Source: Capsulimonadaceae bacterium (GTDB lineage Bacteria; Armatimonadota; Armatimonadia; Armatimonadales; Capsulimonadaceae). Taken from it: 64,000 nucleotides of DNA. The stretch spans positions 3,072,001-3,136,000 of the forward strand of contig OZ244065.1 of assembly GCA_965215505.1 (NCBI GenBank). Reading direction: 5' to 3'. Below are positions 55,923-64,000 of the stretch, one piece after another. Positions within the stretch are counted from its first letter, which is position 1. Each line of letters opens with the position of its first letter. Below the pieces are notes generated by a model. The model was not told where the DNA came from. It was given only the letters and a program-made list of their open reading frames with translations, and ran no database searches. A program made the translations under genes and the position numbers.

Positions 55923-56996
55923 ATGTTCGAGAAGCTAGCCGAAGTCGAAGAACTCTACCAGGAGCTGGAGCGGCGCATGTCCGACCCCGCCCTGGTCGGA
56001 GACATGGACGAGTACCGGCGCGTCCACAAGCAGTACAGCGACCTCACCGAGATCGTCGCCAAGTTCCGCCAGTATAAAGAAACCCAGAAGCAGACCGAGG
56101 AAACCGAGGAGATGCTGCGCGGGTCGCTCGACGACGACATGCGCGACCTCGCTCAGTCCGAGTTCGACGACCTGCGCGCCCGGAAGGTCACCCTGGAAAA
56201 CGACCTGAAGGTCATGCTCCTGCCCAAGGACCCAAACGACGACAAGGACATCATCCTGGAAGTGCGCGCGGCGGCGGGCGGCGAGGAGGCCGCGCTGTTC
56301 GCGGGCGAGCTGCTGCGGATGTACATGCGCTACGCCGAGAAGCGCGGCTGGAAGATGGAGCTGCTGAACTCCAACGAAACCGGCATCGGCGGCTACAAGG
56401 AGGCCGTGATCGAGATCCACGGCACGGGCGCGTACTCGGCCCTGAAGTTCGAGAGCGGGGTACACCGGGTCCAGCGCGTGCCCGTGACGGAGGCCAGCGG
56501 GCGGCTCCAGACGAGTACGGCGACCGTCCTTGTCATGCCCGAGGCCGAAGACGTCGAGATCGAGATCCCCGACAAGGACATCAAGCGCGAGCATACGCTG
56601 TCCCAAGGCGCGGGCGGCCAGAACGTCCAGAAGAACGAGACGGCGGTGCGGCTGACCCACCTCCCCACCGGCATCGTCGTGACCTGCCAGGACCAGCGTT
56701 CCCAGCTCCAGAACTACGAGAAGGCCATCCGCGTGATGAAGTCACGCCTGTACGACATCGAGATGCAGAAGCAGACGGAGGCCCTGGGCAGCACGCGCAA
56801 GGACCTGATCGGGTCGGGCAAGCGCGAGGAGAAGATTCGCACCTACAACTTCCCCCAGGACCGCCTGACCGACCACCGCATCGGCCTGACCGTCCACAAC
56901 CTGCCGACCATCATGGGCGGCGAGATCCAGCACATCATTGACACCTTGGTCAACGCCGACCAGGCCGAGAAGCTGAAGCACGAGACGGGGGCGTGA
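55923..56996 (+). CDS. prfA: Peptide chain release factor 1
   Basis: ESGVHRVQRVPVT (PxT), GAGGQ, IRTYNFPQDRLTDHRI. Confidence 0.96.
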   Translation: MFEKLAEVEELYQELERRMSDPALVGDMDEYRRVHKQYSDLTEIVAKFRQYKETQKQTEETEEMLRGSLDDDMRDLAQSEFDDLRARKVTLENDLKVMLLPKDPNDDKDIILEVRAAAGGEEAALFAGELLRMYMRYAEKRGWKMELLNSNETGIGGYKEAVIEIHGTGAYSALKFESGVHRVQRVPVTEASGRLQTSTATVLVMPEAEDVEIEIPDKDIKREHTLSQGAGGQNVQKNETAVRLTHLPTGIVVTCQDQRSQLQNYEKAIRVMKSRLYDIEMQKQTEALGSTRKDLIGSGKREEKIRTYNFPQDRLTDHRIGLTVHNLPTIMGGEIQHIIDTLVNADQAEKLKHETGA

Positions 56997-57129
56997 CGGG
57001 GCAGGGCTTACCGGGGGCGTGACGGGCAGGGTTTGTAGGGCGATGAATCGCGCTCTCCTTCGGAGAGGGCGCACACATTAAAGAAGGGCGAACACAAGGT
57101 TCGCCCCTACGCCGTTCAGGAGGCAGACG

Positions 57130-57705
57130 ATGGCCGTCGAAACCCACCGCCGGCAGTGGACCGTAGACGAGTTCCAGCGCGCCTACGACCTGGGCGCGTT
57201 CGGCTTTGAGGCCCGGCTGGAACTCATCGAGGGCGACCTTTTCAGGAAGGCAAGCCAGGGCGCGGCCCACGCCTGGGTGATTTGCGCCATGACGGAGGCC
57301 CTGCGCGGCCTCTTCCCCTCCGGCCACGATGTCCGCTGCCGGTTGCCGCTCATCCTCGGCCCTCGGAGCAAACCGGAGCCGGATCTCGCCGTGGTCACCG
57401 GCTCCTTCAATGACTACAAGCAGGCCCATCCGACGACAGATACACTCGTGGTAGAGGTTTCCGACACCACTTTGGCGATGGACCGCTCCACCAAAGCCGC
57501 CCTCTACGCCCGCGCGGGCATCGAAGACTACTGGATCGTCAACCTCCCCGACGGCGTTCTGGAAGTCCATCGGCAGCCCGCCGCCATGGCCGACCAGCCG
57601 CTGGGCCACCACTACCGCAGCATTATCCGCCTCACCCCGACTGATACCGTCTCGCCGCTGGGCCGCCCGGACGCCGCCGTCGCCGTGTCTTCTTTGTTGC
57701 CGTGA
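57130..57705 (+). CDS. Uma2-family endonuclease-like protein
   Basis: LELIEG, PEPDLAV, VVEVSD, YARAGIEDYWIVNL. Confidence 0.9.
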   Translation: MAVETHRRQWTVDEFQRAYDLGAFGFEARLELIEGDLFRKASQGAAHAWVICAMTEALRGLFPSGHDVRCRLPLILGPRSKPEPDLAVVTGSFNDYKQAHPTTDTLVVEVSDTTLAMDRSTKAALYARAGIEDYWIVNLPDGVLEVHRQPAAMADQPLGHHYRSIIRLTPTDTVSPLGRPDAAVAVSSLLP

Positions 57706-57878
57706 CGCCGGATGTGTAGGGGCGCCGCTTGCCGCGCCCTCTTACGGCACGGAGGGCACAGGCGGGGGAAGAAGGGCGCAGACTTGTGAAGGAGGGCGCA
57801 GACTTGTGAAGGAGGGCGCGGCAAGCGGCGCCCCTACGGGGCGGAAGATGGGGGCCATCTTCCGGGTATAACTCCTCT

Positions 57879-59132
57879 ATGCGCTACCTCTTGATTGCCG
57901 GCCTCGTGGCCGTCGGCGTCGCCGTGCTGCTCCTGCCGCCCCCCGTTAAGGCCGCGCCCGCCGCGTCGCCCGCTTCAGCGCCCACCCCGTCACCCACCGA
58001 ACAGGGCGACGACGTCCGGCCGCCGGTCGTCACGCCGCAGATGACGCGCTACTCGCGGACGCGCTACGGGCTGTACTTCGCCGGGACGGCTTACGGCCTG
58101 CTCGCGCTCTGGGGCGTCCTGGCGACGGGCCTATCCGCGAGACTGCGGCGCTTCGTCCAGCCCTTGCACTACTCGTTCTTCCAGCTTGCGGGCTACTACG
58201 CCCTGCTGACTCTCGTTCTCCTCGCCGTCCAAGCCCCCCTCTCCTGGTACAGCGGGTACTATCTGGAACACGCCTACGGGTTGTCTTCACAAAGCTTTCC
58301 CGCCTGGGCGGGCGATAGGACGAAGGGGGTGGCGGTGGACGTGGCGACGACGGTGCCCATCCTGTGGGGGCTGTTCTGGCTCATTAATCGTTCGCCGCGC
58401 CGCTGGGCCTTGTGGTTCTGGGGGGCGCTCATCCCGCTCATCGCCTTCGGCATCTTCGTCTCGCCCCTCGTCGTGGACCCGCTGTTCAACAAGTTCACGC
58501 CCCTGCCGCCCAGCCCGCTGAAGACGCGGATCGAGGCGCTGGCGGCCAAAGCGGGCATCCCGAACGCCCCCGTTTATGTTGTGGACAAGAGCCGGCAGAC
58601 GCACTCGACCAACGCCTATGTGACCGGCATCGGGTCGTCGGCCCGGATCGTGCTGTGGGACACGACCATTCAGAGGATGCCCGAGGACCAGATCAGCGCC
58701 GTGGTCGCGCACGAGATGGGGCATTATGTCCTCAAGCACCTTTACTGGGGCTTCGCCCTGTCCGTCGGCGGCCTGCTGGTCGGCCTGCCGCTGGCCCAGA
58801 AGTTCACCGAGGCGATGCTGGCCCGCTTCAGCCCGCGCTGGGGCGTCACCAGCCTTTCCGACTACGCCGCCACGCCCGCCCTGCTGCTGACCGTCGCGCT
58901 GGCCGGCTTCCTCCTGGCCCCGCTGACCAACGGCGTCTCGCGCGTCATCGAACACCAGGCGGACGCCTACGGGCTGGAAGTGAACGGGAACGGCCCGGCG
59001 ATGGCGCGCGCCTTCGTCTCCCTCTCCGAGCAGAACCTGAGTGACCCTGACCCACCCGCCTTCATCAAGTTCTGGTTGTTCACCCACCCGCCCCTCCGGG
59101 AGCGGATCGAGTTCGCGCTGGGGAAGAAGTGA
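57879..59132 (+). CDS. M48 (Ste24-like) membrane metallopeptidase
   Basis: NAYVTG, AHEMGH, EHQAD, THPPL..RI. Confidence 0.93.
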   Translation: MRYLLIAGLVAVGVAVLLLPPPVKAAPAASPASAPTPSPTEQGDDVRPPVVTPQMTRYSRTRYGLYFAGTAYGLLALWGVLATGLSARLRRFVQPLHYSFFQLAGYYALLTLVLLAVQAPLSWYSGYYLEHAYGLSSQSFPAWAGDRTKGVAVDVATTVPILWGLFWLINRSPRRWALWFWGALIPLIAFGIFVSPLVVDPLFNKFTPLPPSPLKTRIEALAAKAGIPNAPVYVVDKSRQTHSTNAYVTGIGSSARIVLWDTTIQRMPEDQISAVVAHEMGHYVLKHLYWGFALSVGGLLVGLPLAQKFTEAMLARFSPRWGVTSLSDYAATPALLLTVALAGFLLAPLTNGVSRVIEHQADAYGLEVNGNGPAMARAFVSLSEQNLSDPDPPAFIKFWLFTHPPLRERIEFALGKK

Positions 59133-59139
59133 CCGGTTC

Positions 59140-59291
59140 CACGGGGCTGAACCCCCGTGCTGTAGGAGGGCAACTCCTCGCCTTTTACTCCGCTATTAAC
59201 CCCGCTCCGTCCCTACGAGGGGCGGAGCGCAGCGACTAGGAGGCGCGGGCACCAGCGGGCACCAGATGTAGGGGCGCGATTGATCGCGCTC
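59140..59291. repeat. Family II half element (copy C, 59-bp insertion) plus a GTAG-REP
   Basis: CACGGGGCTGAACCCCCGTGCT arm; shares ACTCCGCT...AGCGACTAGGAGG with copy A. Confidence 0.75.
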
Positions 59292-59429
59292 TCCTCTGTT
59301 CTTCGCCCCTTCGACCCGCCCCCTACTACGCAGGAATCTTCCATGCAATCACGAATACTGCGTGTACCGTAGCCCTCTGGCATCGTCCGGCGGCAAGCGG
59401 GTAGAATGAGGTCTGGAGGGAACCGACCG

Positions 59430-59765
59430 ATGACTGCCATTCAGGAAGCGGAAAACCTGTTGCCGAGTCTGACACGCGGAGAAAAGGCACAGCTCTTGCA
59501 GTGGGTCGCGCGTGACCTCGGCGATGCTTTCCCCGGCATCGAGAGCATTCCTGACGTCTGCGGCGGCGAGCCGTGCATCGCCCGCTCGCGCCTCCCCGTT
59601 TGGCTGCTCGAACAGGCCAGGCGGTTGGGGACGAGTGAGGCGGGGCTGCTGCAAGCCTATCCCACGCTGCGCGCCCAGGACTTGGCAAATGCCTGGAACT
59701 ATGTGCGCGCCCATCCTGAAGAGATTGACCGGCAGATCCGCGAGAACGAGGCGGGCAATATGTAG
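59430..59765 (+). CDS. DUF433-domain protein
   Basis: PDVCGGEPCIARSRLPV...AYPTL. Confidence 0.88.
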   Translation: MTAIQEAENLLPSLTRGEKAQLLQWVARDLGDAFPGIESIPDVCGGEPCIARSRLPVWLLEQARRLGTSEAGLLQAYPTLRAQDLANAWNYVRAHPEEIDRQIRENEAGNM

Positions 59766-59790
59766 CAGCCACGTTGCACGAAGGTAGGAA

Positions 59791-59993
59791 GGGCGGGGGG
59801 ACCCCGCCCCTACGCTCCTTCCGGTGGGCCTCTATGTAGGGGCGGGGTCCCCCCGCCCTTCTTTCAGCCTGGGGACCAGGCGAGGCGGGGAATGGGGGCG
59901 CGATGAATGAGGGCGCGATGAATCGCGCCCCTACGCCTTGTGCCCGCGAAGGCGGGCAAACGCTTTGTCGAAGGCCCGGACTTCAGTCCGGGG
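59791..59993. repeat. Mosaic REP cluster
   Basis: GTAG-REPs at 59791-59813, 59836-59858 and 59911-59934; hairpins gcccgcgaaggcgggc and cccggacttcagtccggg. Confidence 0.8.
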
Positions 59994-60042
59994 GTGCATA
60001 CGGCGTCATATCGTTTAGGTCGAATACAAGAAAGACCCACCC

Positions 60043-60573
60043 ATGAGCAACATCACCCTGCGCCGCGCCGAGCGCGCGGACGCCTCGGCGGTCATCGGGC
60101 TGATCATCGCCCTGGCCGAATTCGAAAACCTGCCGCCGCCGGACGCGGAGGCGCAGGCGCGGCTGATCGAACACGGCTTCGGCGACAGCCCGCAGTTCGA
60201 AGTCCTGCTGGCCGAGGTGCCGGGGGCGTCCGGCCCGGTCGGGTACGCCCTGCTGCTCCAGACCTACTCGACGTTCCTGGCCCAGCCGACCCTGCACCTC
60301 GAAGACGTCTTCGTGCTGCCCGAGTACCGCAAGCGCGGCATCGGCAAGGCGCTCCTGCGGCGGTGCGTCCAGGCCGCCTTCGAGCGCGGCTGCGGGCGGC
60401 TGGAATGGACCTGCCTGGACTGGAACACGAACGCGCAGGCATTGTACGAGCGCATGGGCGCGCGCCGGATGAAGGAGTGGTATCTGTACCGGATGACGCG
60501 CGGGGCGATGGCGCGGATGCTGGAAGGGGACACGCTGGGGGCGGACGCGCCGGGGGCCGAAGGGGATGTTTGA
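60043..60573 (+). CDS. GNAT N-acetyltransferase (polyamine acetyltransferase-like)
   Basis: YSTF...LEDVFV..YRKRGIGKALL, LDWN. Confidence 0.9.
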   Translation: MSNITLRRAERADASAVIGLIIALAEFENLPPPDAEAQARLIEHGFGDSPQFEVLLAEVPGASGPVGYALLLQTYSTFLAQPTLHLEDVFVLPEYRKRGIGKALLRRCVQAAFERGCGRLEWTCLDWNTNAQALYERMGARRMKEWYLYRMTRGAMARMLEGDTLGADAPGAEGDV

Positions 60574-60580
60574 GGGAGCG

Positions 60581-61525
60581 ATGTTTAGGCCGGGCGAGGT
60601 CTGGAACGACACGTCGGGCAGGCCGATCCAGGCGCACGGCGGCGGCGTCCTGTACGATGACGGCACCTACTACTGGTTCGGCGAAAACAAGGACGTCCCC
60701 AACGCCGTCGGCGCAGACGGGGCGCTGCTGGCCCGCGTGGATGTCGTCGGCGTCTCGTGCTACTCGTCCTCGGACCTCCTGCACTGGAAGGACGAGGGCG
60801 TCGTCCTGCCCGCCGTGCCGGACGATCCCGCCCACGACCTGCACCCGAGCCGGGTGGCCGAGCGGCCCAAGGTCCTCTATAACGCCCGGACCAGGCAGTA
60901 CGTCCTGTGGCTGCACGTTGACAGCCCCGACTACACCTACGCCCGCATCGGCCGGGCGGTCAGCGACACGCCGACCGGCCCGTACCGCTATGTCGGCAGC
61001 ATCGCCCCGGCGGGCGCGGACAGCCGGGACATGACGGTCTTCCAGGACGCGGACGGTTCGGCCTATGTCTACTTCTCCTCGGACTGGAACAAGACCATCC
61101 GGATCGCCCGGCTGACCGACGACTATTTGGACACGATTGGGCCGGCGACGGAGGCGTTCGTGGGCCGAAAGCGCGAGGCCCCCGCCGTCTGGACCCACGC
61201 GGGCCGGTACTACTTCATTGGCTCCGGCTGCACCGGCTGGGCGGCCAACGCGGCCGAGTACGCCGTCGCGCCCACCCCGCTCGGCCCGTGGGAGGTCAAG
61301 GGCAGCCCGTGCGCCGGGCCTGGAGCGGACACGACGTTCGGCGCGCAGAGTACGTTCGTCCTGCCCGTGGCCGGGAGGCCGGGCGCGTTCATTTTCCTGG
61401 CCGACCGTTGGAACGCCGAGAACCTGCAAGCCTCGCGCTACGTCTGGCTCCCGCTGGAAATGGACGGGGACCGGGTTACGGTGCGCTGGCGGGACGAGTG
61501 GGACATGGGGGTATTCGGGGAGTAG
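60581..61525 (+). CDS. Glycoside hydrolase family 43 (exo-beta-1,3-galactanase-like)
   Basis: IQAHGGG, YYWFGE, ERPKV, SRDMT, REAP, AQST. Confidence 0.88.
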   Translation: MFRPGEVWNDTSGRPIQAHGGGVLYDDGTYYWFGENKDVPNAVGADGALLARVDVVGVSCYSSSDLLHWKDEGVVLPAVPDDPAHDLHPSRVAERPKVLYNARTRQYVLWLHVDSPDYTYARIGRAVSDTPTGPYRYVGSIAPAGADSRDMTVFQDADGSAYVYFSSDWNKTIRIARLTDDYLDTIGPATEAFVGRKREAPAVWTHAGRYYFIGSGCTGWAANAAEYAVAPTPLGPWEVKGSPCAGPGADTTFGAQSTFVLPVAGRPGAFIFLADRWNAENLQASRYVWLPLEMDGDRVTVRWRDEWDMGVFGE

Positions 61526-61560
61526 GTTTGCCATGGACTAAGGAGGCCGGGGCCTGAGCA

Positions 61561-61968
61561 ATCCTGCAACTACTGGTTGCAGAATTACTCGCACAGCTTG
61601 TGCGAGAAATAGATGGGGTCATAACGTCACCATCTTCGAGAAGTACAAGGACGACCTGGAGCGTGAGTTCTACCTGCGGATGACGCAGGTGCAGGGCTGG
61701 TCGCGGAGCGTCTTGGTCCATCAGATCGAGAACCAGACCTACCGGAAGACCGTGCTGAACCAGACCAACTTCGCCGCCACCCTGCCCGCCGGGAGCCAGG
61801 CGCGGGCGATGCTGGCGTCAGGATGAGTACACCTTCGACTTCCTGGATCTCGGCGACGAGTTCAGCGAGCGACAGCTAAAGACGGCCATCCTCGCCCGCG
61901 TCGAGCCGTTCCTCCAGCAGATGGGCGGCGTCTTCGCCTTTGTCGGCAGCCAGTACCGGCTGCAAGTG
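61561..61968 (+). pseudogene. Internal fragment of a YhcG/DUF1016 PD-(D/E)XK nuclease gene
   Basis: WGHN...EREFY...GWSRSVLVHQIE...TNF...DEYTFDFL...FAFVGSQYRL; two frameshifts and no start codon. Confidence 0.82.
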
Positions 61969-61974
61969 AAGCAG

Positions 61975-62150
61975 GCGAGTGGTTGAAAACCACTCGCTCG
62001 GCCAAGCGTCCTGCGGACGAAGAGAAAGCAGGCCGACGTGACATGCTTGCTCCCGCGTCTTATTGCCGTCCGAAGGACGCCGCTCCTAGCGAGTGGTTTT
62101 CAACCGCTCGGCTTGGCCGCTCGGCTTGGCCGCTCGGCTTGGCCGCTCGG
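61975..62150. repeat. Family I-like element with substituted arms plus a 13-bp tandem repeat
   Basis: CGAGTGGTTGAAAACCACTCGCT..CGTCCTGCGGACG..CGTCCGAAGGACG..AGCGAGTGGTTTTCAACCGCTCG; CCGCTCGGCTTGG x3.6. Confidence 0.8.
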
Positions 62151-62265
62151 ACCAAGATGAAGCGGATCGGCAACCTTTCCGCCCGCGCCGGTGTTACAGC
62201 GAACAGGAGTACCTCGACGCCCCTCCTTCCTACTCTGTGGGGGCTTTAGAAAATGGAACGCAACG

Positions 62266-63834
62266 ATGCAAACGTATGACTTTCTCGTGCTGGGGAGCGG
62301 CAGCGCCGGGCTGTCCTTCGCGCTACGGGTATGCGCGCAGGGCCGCGTCGCCCTGGTCACCAAGAAGGACCGCACGGACAGCAACACCAACTGGGCGCAG
62401 GGCGGGATCGCCGGCGTCATGGGCGCGGACGACGATCTGGAGCTGCACGTCCAGGACACCCTGATCGCGGGCGCGGGTCTGTGCCACGAGGACGCGGTGC
62501 GCGTCCTGGTGACCGAGGGGCCGGGGAGAATCCGGGAGCTGATGGAGTTCGGGGCGGACTTCAACCGCGAGCCGGGCGGCGAGCTTTCCCTCGGGCGCGA
62601 GGGCGGGCACTCGCGGCGGCGCATCATCCACACCGCCGACCTGACCGGCAAGGAGGTCGAGCGGACACTGGTCGAGGCCGTCCGGGCGCACCCGAGCATT
62701 ACCGTTTTGGAACACCACTATGCCATAGACCTCATCATGCAGGGCGAACACTGCTGCGGGGCCTATGTGCTGGACGAGGCGACGCAGACCGTCGAGGCGT
62801 ATGTCGCCCCCGCGACCCTGCTCGCGACCGGCGGGGCGGGGCAGGTGTACCAGTTCACGACGAACCCGCCCATCGCGACCGGCGACGGCGTGGCGATGGC
62901 CTGGCGGGCGGGGGCTGAAGTCGCCGACATGGAGTTCATCCAGTTCCACCCGACTTCGCTGTACCACCCGGACGCCAAGAGCTTCCTGATCTCCGAAGCC
63001 GTGCGCGGCGAGGGCGGCATCCTGCGGCGCAAGGACGGCATCGCCTTCATGGCGGAGTACGACCCGGAGCGCAAGGACCTGGCCCCGCGCGACATCGTGG
63101 CGCGCGCCATTGACAGCGAGATCAAGAAGACTGGCGACGACTGCGTCTACCTCGACGTGACGCACCTCTCGCCCGAGGCGATCAGGGCGCACTTCCCGAC
63201 CATCTACGCCCGCTGCCTGTCGTTCGGCATCGACATCACGACCGACTGGATACCGGTCGTCCCCGCCGCCCACTACTCCTGCGGCGGCGTCAGGACCGAC
63301 CTGCAAGGCCGGACCACGCTGGGGGGCCTGTACGCCTGCGGCGAGGCCGCCTGCACCGGCGTCCACGGCGCGAACCGGCTGGCCTCGAACTCCCTGCTGG
63401 AAGCCCTCGTCTTCGGCAAGCGGTCCGCCGACGACGCCCTGGCCCGGACGGACCTCCCCGCCGCCTGCACCGAAGTCGCCCCGTTCCCCGGCCAGAAGGG
63501 CCGGGTCGGCGCGTTGGACCACGCCCTGGTCGCCGCCCTGCGGAACCGGCTCCAGACCGTCATGCAGAAGTACGTCGGCATCGTCCGCAGCGACGCGCGC
63601 CTCCAGAAAGCCCGCACCGCCGTGGACGCCCTGCGGGCCGAGGCGCAGCCGCTCTTCGACGGCTGCATCCTGGCCGACGACGTGCTGGAACTGCGGAACA
63701 TGATCGAGGTCGCGGGCCTCATCATCGCCTGCGCCCGGCGGCGCAAGGAGTCGCGCGGCCTGCACTACACGACCGACTACCCGCAGACGTTGGAAAGCGA
63801 GCGGCACGACACGGTCCTGACGCGGGCGGGGTGA
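62266..63834 (+). CDS. nadB: L-aspartate oxidase
   Basis: GSGSAGL, WAQGGIA, REGGHSRRRI, EFIQFHPT, GVHGANRLASNSLLE, ESRGLHY. Confidence 0.95.
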   Translation: MQTYDFLVLGSGSAGLSFALRVCAQGRVALVTKKDRTDSNTNWAQGGIAGVMGADDDLELHVQDTLIAGAGLCHEDAVRVLVTEGPGRIRELMEFGADFNREPGGELSLGREGGHSRRRIIHTADLTGKEVERTLVEAVRAHPSITVLEHHYAIDLIMQGEHCCGAYVLDEATQTVEAYVAPATLLATGGAGQVYQFTTNPPIATGDGVAMAWRAGAEVADMEFIQFHPTSLYHPDAKSFLISEAVRGEGGILRRKDGIAFMAEYDPERKDLAPRDIVARAIDSEIKKTGDDCVYLDVTHLSPEAIRAHFPTIYARCLSFGIDITTDWIPVVPAAHYSCGGVRTDLQGRTTLGGLYACGEAACTGVHGANRLASNSLLEALVFGKRSADDALARTDLPAACTEVAPFPGQKGRVGALDHALVAALRNRLQTVMQKYVGIVRSDARLQKARTAVDALRAEAQPLFDGCILADDVLELRNMIEVAGLIIACARRRKESRGLHYTTDYPQTLESERHDTVLTRAG

Positions 63835-63842
63835 GAGGCAGA

Positions 63843-63900
63843 GGGCGGCGGGACCCCGCCCCTACAAAAGCCCGCCAAAGAAACGTAGGGGCGGGGTCCC
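63843..63900. repeat. GTAG-REP pair (GTAGGGGCGGGGTCCC type)
   Basis: The same unit occurs at 55834-55856 and 59791-59858. Confidence 0.75.
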
Positions 63901-63930
63901 CTCTCCCTCCACGCTCTAGGAGAACAAACA

Positions 63931-64000
63931 TTGCCCCGCCTCGCCCCGCTCCTGCTCACGCTGCTGTTCTGCCTCCTCGGCACGGCGGCGCGCTCCGCGC
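63931..64000 (+). CDS. Start of an exported protein (runs off the window)
   Basis: AGGAG + TTG, then signal-peptide-like MPRLAPLLLTLLFCLLG. Confidence 0.5.
   Translation, partial: MPRLAPLLLTLLFCLLGTAARSA

Noticed and set aside
1-64000. tRNA, rRNA, prophage, integrase or IS transposase
   Set aside because: No cloverleaf, rRNA-like tract, phage gene or DDE/HUH/recombinase motif was seen

Overview
High-GC bacterial chromosomal segment. An Armatimonadota-like origin is my inference from the VPEAST-type PEP-CTERM protein and general gene style; I have not verified it. It carries about 60 genes: housekeeping (tyrS, ssb, rpsF, sthA, ptrB, rpmE, prfA, nadB), a sigma28-driven cheY-cheX-mcp-cheW-cheB-cheA-cheR operon, many peptidases (S9, two S1C, M16 pair, M1, M48), GH130, GH43, a stand-alone short secretin, a cyclase-ATPase-TPR protein and several toxin-antitoxin-type modules, some decayed. 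I saw no rRNA, tRNA, CRISPR array, integrase or transposase. The unexplained structure is mostly non-coding: (1) a candidate ~75-nt sRNA (about 5250-5324, minus strand) behind four 11-bp-phased CTTAAC repeats resembling a Pho box, whose unpaired segment is complementary to the first 10 nt of the PAP2 phosphatase gene in this window; (2) several families of nested palindromic REP/REPIN-like elements with unique spacers, insertions within insertions and adjacent short tandem duplications; (3) a synonymously diverged copy of the comF 3' end bracketing two accessory genes; (4) a HigB toxin gene broken by a 44-bp hairpin insertion next to a frameshifted VapC gene; (5) several apparently leaderless genes. 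Product calls rest on motifs recognised by eye, not on database searches.
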